From: Octopus bimaculoides
Taxonomy: Eukaryota
Direction of reading: 5' to 3'
Assembly (NCBI RefSeq): GCF_001194135.2
Contig: NC_068986.1
Location: forward strand, 72,913,859-72,973,468
DNA: 59,610 nucleotides
Part shown: piece by piece, positions 25,769-34,405 of the stretch
Position numbering within the stretch: the stretch's first letter is position 1
Layout: each line of letters opens with the position of its first letter
Translations under genes and position numbers: made by a program
The notes under the pieces: generated by a model
The model's input: the letters and a program-made list of their open reading frames with translations, nothing else
The model's database searches: none
Told to the model about the DNA's origin: nothing

Positions 25769-27894
25769 AAGGTTATAAACCCCATTAAGGGTTAGTAAAA
25801 TCTCATGAAAATACTGGTTAGTTACCAATCCATAGAAAGTTCAACTATAAGGTAACCATATAAACCGTGGTTCACATATTTAAAGATTAAGGAGAAATGG
25901 AGAGGTAATTAATAAAATATTATTTATTCATTATAAAATACTGAATCAAAACAGCTGCCTCTCCATTTTCTCCTTATTCTTTACATATGTATGTGTGTGT
26001 GTGTGTGTGAGTGTATCCTATGTAGTTAAATGCACGCTACAATTCTTTATGTGTTAAACTGAAAATAATTCTTAATCAAATGAAATTATAACTGCAATGA
26101 TAAACGTCTAACGTTGGTGAAGATTAATTTCAAAAGAGTCAAGGGTGATAACTCTCAAACCGTCAAATTATCAGGAACTAAGTGGAGATAATATTCCGAA
26201 AGGAATTAAGTGGAAAATATATACTAGGTAGTGGTAACTATGGTCACAAAGCTCCAGATGTTTTGGTCTTATTAAACCTCCTTAACATAGTCATTGTTGC
26301 CAACTGATTCTATGGATAAAATAATTGCCAAGAGTGCCTTCAGTATGAAAGAGACATAGTTAAAAGCTGGTTATCGTACTTAATTTTGTGAAAAGAAAAT
26401 ATATTTTAATTTTTTTAATTGATTAAAAATGTGGTAAAATTTCTGATTAACACCCGCACGATTTTCACTAGGGTGTTAGGGTTAAGGTTAGGGTTTAGGG
26501 TTACGGTTAGGGAATTCCGTCACTAACCCTAACCCAACCCTGACCCTAACACCATAGTGAAAATCGTGCGGGTGTTAATCTGAAAATTTACCAAAAATGA
26601 AGTCAACCTTAAGTATATGACCTGCATTTAACTACAGCTCTTTCATACACACGCCAAAAATTTTTCCAATGTGTGTGTTCGCGCGCGCATGTTTATGTTT
26701 ACACAGTCTAAAACTCTGGGTTGTTTATGTTGTTCCCAGCCCAACTTAGAAACAGGCATCGATGAAATATGTTTGCAATGAATACTGAGATCGATATGGT
26801 GACTTAACACGAGCGTAGTTCAATGACACAGATCATTCAAAGGCATACTACATTTTTAAAATTATTACAAGGGAACTCCTACTTTTGTATTGCATGAAAT
26901 AAACGATAGTGTTAACTTTCTACAGTTAAGTAGGGTTCTATACTAAATTGGGGCGATCTTTATTTTTTATAAGTGAATGTAAAGCTCGAGAAGTTCACGT
27001 TCAAATAACAAAGAAATGTAATTTATGTAAGATAATAATTTAATTCTAAGATGCATTAATATTTTTTACAATTATAGAAAGCGTATTAGTGGTTGCTGTT
27101 GTTTAGCCCACGGTTCAGCTCTAGTTCTCCTTGTGACCTTCCTATCTTATCGTCAGACAAGGTTTGACACTATTTAATGCCTCCTTTTAATTAAACTGGG
27201 AGGATGTGATTTGAGGGAGATTTGACTGTTTCTCACAGGTTCAGCGAAACATAGAGGTTGTCCAGTAAAACAAGTGTAGATACAAAAACCTAGAACACAT
27301 GAAACAGGTAAATGACGAAGAACAAAGTGAGTTTGTGTCAACTGATTATTATGTAGATTTAAAACAAACGTTGAACGAAGAAATAACATTCTACAGTGTA
27401 TTATTATAAAATTTTATCTAAACTATTCTGTCTCTTAATAATATAATAAAGGTATTTAATACAGTATGCTATATCTAATTAAGAAATAATTTTCTTTTTT
27501 AATGACGTAGAACAATAACACTATTCTCTCTCCTCACATATGTAAGAAGCGAGAGAAAGTGTTATTATACATAAGCACTTCGACTTGAACAACTTCAACG
27601 AATTATATATACATATATATATATATATATATACACACACATCTGCAAACTCATGCATAACATGCGTTTACTAGATCGCCTGTAAGGTGTAGTCTTAAAA
27701 AAATTCAAGTGCGTTAAGATTAAACATTGAATTTCGTAGTGATTTAGAGACACAATATCAATAACTACATGGGTTCTATAGATGATTTTTAAAATATTCT
27801 ATTGACTGACAATTGTTTTAGTAAAACTAGTTCTTCAGTAGATTTAGTATGATACAAACAAACATGCCTGGTTATCGACATCCTCCTCAGCCAT
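4446..27894 (-). CDS. PEX14: Peroxisomal membrane protein PEX14, 5' part; complement(join of 27868..27894, 12173..12235, 10841..10888, 8770..8854, 5394..5516, 4446..4540); 147 codons, continues beyond the left edge
   Basis: Manual splice gives MAEEDVDNQ-TVGVTSDGQPQLAEEDSAEKL-VSGNLVNSSSVPRENL-IYTAVSFLNHNKVRNTSIAHKKSFLKRKG-LTDEEILEAFKRSG...-VPHVTAWNRIRETIVAGILLWGISKAAHRIYK. This matches the Pex14_N motif (human PREPLIATAVKFLQ...RRAFLKKKGLTDEEI) and the following hydrophobic segment. All intron phases are compatible. Confidence 0.93.
5394..5516 (-). CDS. PEX14: PEX14 coding exon 5 (G-LTDEEILEAFKRSGTPEDD...TIQ), 123 nt
   Basis: TTTTCACAG acceptor, AAG|GTAATA donor, GLTDEEI motif, phase 1/1. Confidence 0.96.
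5785..6023 (-). mobile_element. RTE-type LINE 3' end with C2H2-like tail (C..C.R.C.S.AGL.SH)
   Basis: Near-identical, inverted copy of 14464-14705. Confidence 0.8.
6177..6229 (+). ncRNA. Decayed type I hammerhead-ribozyme-like motif (Penelope-type)
   Basis: TCCCTA-CTGATGA-GGCTA/TAGTT-GAAA-G-TGAT/ATCA-GAA-TAGGGA; core positions 15.2 and 16.1 do not fit. Confidence 0.45.
6902..7126. mobile_element. MITE with 21-bp perfect TIRs and internal TTAGGG-like repeats
   Basis: CTACTTAAATACAGAGGTCCC (6906-6926) and its reverse complement (7099-7119); TTCAC direct repeats at 6897-6901 and 7127-7131. Confidence 0.75.
8082..8682. other. Assembly gap (other gaps: 14084-14463, 36135-36144, 42429-42519, 56349-~56796)
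   Basis: Runs of N. Confidence 1.
8770..8854 (-). CDS. PEX14: PEX14 coding exon 4, Pex14_N core (IYTAVSFLNHNKVRNTSIAHKKSFLKRK-G), 85 nt
   Basis: TTCCAG acceptor, AAG|GTAAAT donor, strong similarity to Pex14_N. Confidence 0.96.
8951..9177. mobile_element. piggyBac-like non-autonomous element (TTAA|CCCTTTAG...CTAAAGGG|TTAA)
   Basis: TIRs flanked by TTAA. Further copies at ~10050-10230, 13142-13369, 24940-25180, 35490-35716, 46370-46590 and 47848-48070. Confidence 0.75.
9495..9886 (-). mobile_element. tRNA/CORE-like SINE with a second SINE family nested inside it (9639-9860)
   Basis: Host sequence is interrupted; CAAGCTTCTTA is duplicated at 9628-9638 and 9861-9871. Confidence 0.8.
10841..10888 (-). 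CDS. PEX14: PEX14 coding exon 3 (VSGNLVNSSSVPRENL), 48 nt
   Basis: Polypyrimidine-TTTAAAG acceptor and TTA|GTAAGT donor; ends in PRENL, like human PREPL. Confidence 0.92.
12173..12235 (-). CDS. PEX14: PEX14 coding exon 2 (TVGVTSDGQPQLAEEDSAEKL), 63 nt
   Basis: TTTCTAG acceptor, CTG|GTAAAT donor, open frame, phase 0/0. Confidence 0.8.
13611..13698. repeat. 16-bp minisatellite (ATGTATGTACAAACAT), about 4 copies
   Basis: Direct reading. Confidence 0.9.
14464..14705 (+). mobile_element. RTE-type LINE 3' end (…LVCNVCSRVCLSRAGLISHQWSRKCKI*) with (CAT)n tail
   Basis: ORF 14059..14625 after the gap; zinc-finger-like C-terminus. Confidence 0.8.
16480..17598 (+). mobile_element. Degenerate RLE-type non-LTR retrotransposon 3' end (R4/Dong-like) with a tandemly repeated C-terminal segment
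   Basis: Frameshifted motifs EETINHVISDCKSL, ILWNIPIHTDTEIKVNQPDIAIKDK, TETIPIIIGALGMIKK; ends in (AAT)n. Confidence 0.8.
17599..18112 (-). mobile_element. Two tandem copies of a tRNA-derived SINE separated by a long (AAT)n tract (~17815-17922)
   Basis: Reverse complement of TAAGGCGGCGAGCTGGCAGAA…GAGTTCAAATTCC (A/B boxes). Other copies at ~4650-5100, 15940-16145, 19030-19170, 20050-20240, 22685-22900, 34910-35100 and 39005-39190. Confidence 0.85.
19170..19560 (-). mobile_element. Penelope-like terminal region with a 39-bp inverted repeat
   Basis: 19403-19441 is the near reverse complement of 19522-19560; minus strand carries CTGAGGATGAGTC…CCTGAAAT, a PLE-end-like motif. Confidence 0.5.
20290..20720 (-). 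mobile_element. Degenerate CR1/L2-like LINE 3' fragment, probably continuing at ~21250-21850
   Basis: Decayed C-terminal coding similarity (…TALPSPNKS…) with frameshifts. Confidence 0.5.
20854..21237 (-). mobile_element. tRNA-derived SINE with (CAA)n tail
   Basis: A box TGGCCCAGTGG; flanked by ATTCTTT(A/G)ATAT; same family as 34017-34405. Confidence 0.88.
22048..22500. repeat. ~450-bp foldback: ~190-bp inverted arms of Penelope-like terminal sequence around a tRNA-like head
   Basis: 22048-22231 is the reverse complement of ~22294-22500; the loop holds A-box TAGTGCAATGG and B-box-like AGTTCAATCCC. Confidence 0.8.
26433..26592. mobile_element. 160-bp palindromic MITE containing head-to-head (TTAGGG)-like repeats
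   Basis: ~50-bp arms starting GGTAAAATTTCTGATTAACACCCGCACGATTTTCACTA; flanks AAAAATGT and AAAAATGA look like an 8-bp TSD. Confidence 0.85.
27074..27228 (+). repeat. Left copy of a ~150-bp inverted repeat pair
   Basis: Reverse complement of 28943-29094 with scattered mismatches. Confidence 0.85.
27868..27894 (-). CDS. PEX14: PEX14 coding exon 1 (MAEEDVDNQ)
   Basis: ATG in a good context (ATAATGG) in a CpG-retaining region. It ends in phase 0 at CAG|GCATGT (GC donor), matching the phase-0 acceptor of the next exon. Confidence 0.65.
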
Positions 27895-28030
27895 TATCTT
27901 CCACCGGTTATTGTTTACATATCATGGCAGAAAGAATATAGATATATGAAATATATTAACGAACACGTGTTTCCACAGACAACTAATTACCTCCCTTGGT
28001 CTCATTTCGTGTTTTTATGTTTAAAAGACC
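27895..28030 (-). promoter_or_regulatory. Putative PEX14 5'UTR/core promoter; E-box CACGTG at 27964-27969
   Basis: Directly upstream of the ATG, CpGs retained, no acceptor site seen before the ATG. Confidence 0.4.
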
Positions 28031-28041
28031 AATATTTACCT

Positions 28042-28257
28042 AACATAAGGCGGCGCGCTGGCAGAAACGTTAGCACTCCGGACAAAATGTTAAGCGACCT
28101 TTCGTCCGTCTTATCGCTCTGAATTCAAATTCCGCCGTGGTCGACTTTGCCTTTCATCCCTTCAGGGTTGGTAAAATAGGTACCAGTTGAACATTGAAAT
28201 CAATGTAATTCACTTGTCCCTCCATCGAACTTGCTGGCTCTTTGCCAAAATTTGAAG
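28042..28257 (+). mobile_element. tRNA-derived SINE with a 13-bp TSD, just upstream of PEX14
   Basis: CCAATATTTACCT at 28029-28041 and 28258-28270. Confidence 0.9.
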
Positions 28258-28942
28258 CCAATATTTACCTTTTTGCTGAACTATATTTTGTCGATACCTA
28301 GACTTTTATTTGTATCAGTCGAACGACTGCGGCTAGGGTACCGCCTTGAAGGGTTTTAATCGAACGTATCGACCCCACTACTTCTTTTAAGAACGTAAAC
28401 AAACTAACAGCAGTTGTGAAGAGATAGTGAAGTTGAAGTACAAACGCAAAAGTGCGTGCACCCGACGGGCTTTTTTTAGTTTCCGTCTACCACATCCTTC
28501 ATTAACAAGTCTTTGGTCGGCCCAGGGCTAAAGTAGAAGTCATAAAGTGTCACAGTGGGACTGAACCCGGAACCATATGGCTGGGAAGCAAACTTCTAAT
28601 CAATAATTTCTTCGAATGTTGATGATTATGCATTTCTATAGATGTGAGGCAAAAGACTTTACATTTATGGAGTCAAATTATTGTCTGCTTAATTTACTTT
28701 AGTAAGCAATAGGTACAAAATGAAAAATTGATCCCAGCGATACAGAGAATAATATTAAAACGTCTTCACTTTTAAATATTAAATGTAAACCTGTACATCA
28801 GGAAATATGATATAGACAGATAGAAAGAAGGACGCTTCTGTGTTTCCAAGACCACTATGCAATGTAAGTATCTATGTTATCAAAAGAATTCGTTTTCCAC
28901 GTCAAGAATTAAAATGAGGAACTATTTTAACGTTCAGTATAT

Positions 28943-29094
28943 CAGTCAAATCTCCCTCAAATCAAATCCTACTAGTTTAAATAAAAGAAGACATTAAATA
29001 GTGTCAAACCTTGCCTGACGAAAAAATAGGAAAGTTACAAGAACTGGAGCTGAACTGTGGGCTAAACAACAGCAACCACTAATACGCATTTCTA
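28943..29094 (-). repeat. Right copy of the ~150-bp inverted repeat pair
   Basis: See 27074-27228. Confidence 0.85.
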
Positions 29095-31704
29095 TCAGGG
29101 CACACTGGGAAGTTGCCTAGGAACCTAATTCTGACCCATGTAGGACATGGTTTGCTGTCAATAAAAGTACTATAGGGCCCAGTGCATTGATTTGACCAGG
29201 GGCCTATAATAGTTTTAATGTAGCCCAATAAAAAGTCCCCAATAAAAGATGAGACTGGTGGCTTGCACAAAAGTAGTTTTCTTTGGGGAAACTGCATCTG
29301 TTTATAATGACAAATTCTTGCAACAAACCATAAGTAGCCATCTACAAGATATGGAATTTTGCTGAAAGTTATTTCCTTAGCAGGACCAATTCAAATAGAA
29401 TGAAGGCCATAATTTTGTATAAAAATAACTATGTCTAGTTTATTTGCTTTTGATCATTCTCACTTCTTTTAACATTTGATACACTCAAGAAGTTTATAGT
29501 AATACTTTGCTCAATTTAATTAGAATATTTGGTGAATCCAACTTCACTGTCCACTATTTCCCTTTCATTTGTTTTACTTACAGTTTGTTAGTTTCTGTGC
29601 AAGCCTGAAAACCAACTGATTTTGACAATATTAATACTTTCTCCAAGCTCTACAAAAAAAAATGTAGTTACCTTTGTAGCAGTGATTTGAAACCAAACCA
29701 CTAGGTAAGCAGTCAGACACCAAAAGTGAACTACAATAATGTCACATGACCAGTTTTGTAAGCAACCAATCACTGTCAAGCTGTCATATGATTTAATCCT
29801 CTAGAATCTTCTTGTACCTTATAAAACACTGCTTTTGACACCTACACTCCTTGCAGTGTTGAGAGCAGTTGACTCATTCACACATCTCACTTCTTGCCAG
29901 GTGGAATATTGAGGCAGCTGAGAGATATATGTCTCCATTTTTGCTACATCTGCCAACTCAAATAGATCACCAAGACAATGGCACAATTGTTTACATATAT
30001 GTCCGGAAAGCCACATGTTGCCATACCAATAGCATGCTGTAAATTCAGAGCAGTGTCTCTCTCTCTCCCAGTATGCAATTATTACTGTTGTTAACTGTTA
30101 AAGGTATCTTTATGTGCGATAAGAAATTCTGTTAAATGTTTGTGAGTGTTGTTCATTTACTTCTTCAGGTAGTCCAAGAAACCTTTTCATTCATTAACTC
30201 AACCACCTACCACAGCAGCATTAATGAACTGCTATAATATACTAGTGCCATCCAATGATACTGTCTGCAACAACCACAACACTGGGACTACAATAGCAAC
30301 AACTATGGTACAGCCAAACAGCATTCTGATCATTGGTGACAACTGACATTTTCTGTGCATGTTTTTGTTTACTTTTTAAAAACAGTAAATAAGATTGGCT
30401 TGTCCTGTAAACATCATTCATTCACAAACACATTTATATCCTTGCAGCAGACATGTCCAAAGTTAACAATTTTTTTTGCAGACTTCAATTGTAGTCAATT
30501 CCACACATGCCTGCATATTATATGGTATTCCATATTTCTGAGCAATAAAACATCATCTATGCATCTCTTTTATTCAGTGTTCTCATAACTTTCATTTCTA
30601 AGAAATGTTTTCTCTATTTGCATGTGTTTTGCATCTCAACACAATTTTGCATATACGAACTATGAGCATGGACATTTTATTTGCTTTCACCTTATTACAT
30701 GCCTTTTTGCTTTTGTATTTCAATATTTGACTTATTTACTGTATTGATAGTTCATCCTCCTCCTCCTCATCATCATCATCATTTAATGTCTGCTTTCCAT
30801 GCTGGTATGGGTTGGATAGTTTGACATGGAACTGGCCAGACTCCAATTGTCTGTTGTAGCATGGTTTATATGGCTGGATGCCCTTCCAAATGCCAACCAC
30901 TTAGCAGAGTGTACTGGGTGCTTTTTACATGCCACTGGTATGGGTGTGTTTACACAGCACCAGCATGGGTGCATTAATGCAGCACCAGCATGAATAGTTT
31001 TCATGTGGCACCAGCACCTGAAAGGACAAGCCTGTACATGTGGAAGACAGTGATTTTACAGCAAATCACCACATCTCCCAGTCCCTTGTCATTTCTTCAG
31101 CGAGGCCAACCATCCAAAGATCCTTTCTCATCACTTTGTCCCATGTCTTCCTGGGTCTACCCCTTCCACAGCTACCAAAAAATTTGGACTTTACTCAAGT
31201 CTACATGCACTATTCTCTTTTTAAGTAAATCCTCTTTTTATTGTTTCATTCTCTTACATTTCATGTAAAGAACGGGGAGGAGAATAATTTTAGCAGTTAT
31301 TTGAAACCAAACCATTACGACTGAACCACATGATCAGCATAGTAAGCAACCAATTAGTGTCAAGCTGTTGCATGATCTAATCTTCTAGAATCTTCTTTTT
31401 GTACACTATAAAATGCTGCTTTTGGCACCTTTTTGCAGAGTGTTGAAAGCAGCCAGCTCATTCACACATCTCACCTCTTGCCAGGCAGAATGTTGAGGCT
31501 GCTGGGCAATATTTCTCCATTCTTGTTACATCAGAGAGCTCAGATAGGTGACCAAGTATACTTGTTTTCAAATATGCTGGGAAAGCCACATTTTGCCATA
31601 CCAATAGCTTGTGGTAAAATCAGAGCAGTAATCCTCTCCCAGTGTGTAATAATTATAAACTCACAGAAGCCATGTTTGTCCAGTATAGCAGCAACTTTTC
31701 TGCT

Positions 31705-32310
31705 GTCCCAAATTATTAGGCAGGTGCCCAACTTAAGTCTCATTATGGCTCAGAAATGTGATCTTATTTCGAACGAGCTTGTGTCAGAGCTTCAAAAAGA
31801 AAAACAACTATAAGAATATCAAAAATACTGGAAAGAGATCACCAAACAGTGATGAAATTTGTGCAGTCTCTTATTTCTGTTCAGTCAAGGTTAGATAAGG
31901 GTACGTCAAGGGTTGCTTTGAATTGTACTTTGTCACATGTGAAAAGGGAAGTTGTGTAGAACCATGTCTGACAAGGAGAGAAGTCTTCAAACATTGTGGC
32001 AAGGAAGATGTATCGAAAATTACCAGGTGTCTCCTCTTGAAGCAGGTAGCCAGGAATGTTATACCTCTTACAAGCCCCCCCCCCACCTCTGAAGGCTGTT
32101 CATAAGCAGAAGAGACTGAAATGGGCAGAAGAGTATATTAAGATAGATTTTTCAACAGTTCTGTTCACTGACAAATGCCATGCTACCCTTGATGGCTGGA
32201 GTTAAGGTTGGGTATCAAGTAACGGGAACCGTCCTCATCGTTTGAGACTCCAACAGGGGGAGGTCGGGTTATGTTTTGGACTGGCATCATTGGTGTATTG
32301 GACCAATTTT
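31705..32310 (+). mobile_element. Degenerate Tc1-like transposon (5' part)
   Basis: Frameshifted motifs MAQKCDL, ISKILERDHQTVMKF, SKITRCLLLKQVARNV, GGGRVMFWTGIIG. Confidence 0.8.
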
Positions 32311-32574
32311 GAGCTAAAAGTAAAAGTAAATACTTACTGCTCTCTTTGGTGTCTATGTCTAGTGTGTGGAGATGTTTTCCGATCCCTTCGATATAATTAT
32401 GTATATAAATGAAAATATAGTATATATATATATATATATATATATATTCTAAACAAAACTGTCCGGCGAACAGGAATGTGAAACTCTGAGTAACAGATTT
32501 TGTGATATTTTTGGTGCTTTTTAATAAAGCATATTACTCTTCCTCTGGTATTCAAGTACTATTTTTTCCACCTT

Positions 32575-33537
32575 GTTTCGCATCTATGTGCTTGTTCTCC
32601 TTCCATGCTGGCATGAGTTGGACGATTTGACAGGAGCTGGCCAAGCAGAAGCCTGTGCCATACTTCTGTGTCTGTTTTGGCATGGTTTCAACAGTTGGAC
32701 GCCCTTCCTAACACCAACCACCCCACAGAGTGGGCTGAGTGCTTTTTATGTGGCACCAGCACAGGCAAGGTCTGTTTTGGCATGATTTTTACACTTGGAT
32801 GCTCTTCCAAATGCCAACCATTTTACAATGTTAACTGGATGCTTTTTAAGTGGCACTAGCACTGGCAGGTTTACCAAGTAACTTGCAAGACAAGGAAGGT
32901 GATCACCGCTTGAATCTTGTGTCAGATGATGAAAGGTTAATGTGTGACAGAGAGACAGAAATAGGTGTTTCGCAGTGGAGGAGGTATATGGTTATCCAGC
33001 CAGATAATTGCTGACGTGGCTGATGACAGAACCGCCTGATTGGCACACGTGCCAGTGGAACGTTACAAGCATATCCAAGCGTGATCGTTGCCAGGGCCAT
33101 GGATTGGGTGTCATGCCAGTGACACGTGAAAAGCACCATTCGGGCGTGATCGCTGCTAGCGTTGCCTTACCGGCACATGTGCCAGTGGCATGTGAGAAAC
33201 AACATTCAAGTGTAGTTGTTGCCAGTGCTGCCGGATTGGCTCCTATGCAGGTAGCACGTAAAAACACCTTTTTAGCGTGGTCGTTGCCAGAACCACCTGA
33301 CTGGCCCTGGTGCCGGTGGCACGTAAAAAGCACCCACTACACTCTTAAAGTGGTTGGTATTAGGAAGGGCATCCAGCTGTAAAAACTTTGCCAGATCAGA
33401 ATGAGCCTGGTGCAGCCTCTGGCTCACCAGTCCTCTGTCTCACCAGTCCTGTCTCACCAGTCCTCTGTCAAACTGTCCAACCCATGCCAGTATGGAAAGC
33501 GGATGTTAAATGGTGATGATGATGATGATGATGATGT
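32575..33537. mobile_element. Two (GAT)n-tail retroposon copies back to back; the plus copy has an expanded array of ~70-bp units (~33010-33330)
   Basis: Repeated GTGGCACGT(G/A)AAAAGCACC…TGCCAG units; ends GGATGTTAAATGGTGATGATGAT. Confidence 0.8.
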
Positions 33538-34016
33538 ATGTGTGTGTGTGTATGTCTTTGTGTTTGTCCCCACTACTGCTTGACAACTGGTATGGGTGTG
33601 TTTATATCCCCATAACTTAGCAGGTTGGCAAAAGAGACTGATAGAATAAGTACCAGGCTTAGCAAACAAAAATAAGTGCTGGGGTTGATCTATTCAACTA
33701 AAAGCTCTTCAAGATGATGCCCCAGCATGGCTGCAATCTAATGACTGAAACAAGTAAAAGATAAAAGATATAATCAGTTGACAAAACCCCATTAGTGAGT
33801 GTTTAAAATCTAAAAACAATAAGGAAAGGAAATAGCCTCAATAAAATCAACTAATTGAAACTCAAAAATTTATTCCAGAAATATATTTTATTGAAGTTAT
33901 CTCCCTGACTCATTATTTTTAGATTTTAAACACTCACTAGAAGAAGCTTTTGTGTACTAATTGCATGAATAAACTTAGTAAATTAAAATGTTTTAACTTA
34001 CTGTATTACATATACT

Positions 34017-34405
34017 GGTAGCGCAATAGCCCAGTGGTTAGGGCAGCGGACTCGCGGTCATATGATCATGGTTTCGATTCCCAGACCGGGCGTTGTGAGT
34101 GTTTAGTGAGCGAAAATACCTAAAGCTCCACGAGGCTCCGGCAGGGGATGGTGGTGAACCCTGCTGTACTCTTCCACCACAACTTTCTCTCACTCTTACT
34201 TCCTATTTCTGTTGTGCCTGTAATTCAAAGTGTCAGCCTTGTCACGCTGTGTCACGCTGAATATCCCCGAGAACTACGTTAAAGGTACATGTGTCTGTGG
34301 AGTGCTCAGCTCCTTGCACGTTAATTTCACGAGCAGGCTGTTCCGTTAATCAAATCAACTAGAACCCTCAACGTCGTAAGCGACGGAGTGCCAACAACAA
34401 CAACA
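34017..34405 (+). mobile_element. Full-length tRNA-derived SINE with (CAA)n tail and 12-bp TSD
   Basis: A box TAGCCCAGTGG, B box GGTTTCGATTCC; ATTACATATACT at 34005-34016 and 34406-34417. Confidence 0.92.

Noticed and set aside
33010-33330. CRISPR-like repeat-spacer array
   Set aside because: Eukaryotic context, degenerate contiguous tandem units inside a retroposon, no unique spacers and no cas genes.
32992-33382. Overlapping 113-aa and 124-aa ORFs
   Set aside because: Open only because of the tandem repeat units; no domain similarity.
34017-34095. tRNA gene (also 21160-21237, 22232-22300, 58904-58960)
   Set aside because: These are SINE heads: no clean cloverleaf, and they continue into repeat bodies, with TSDs in the first two cases.
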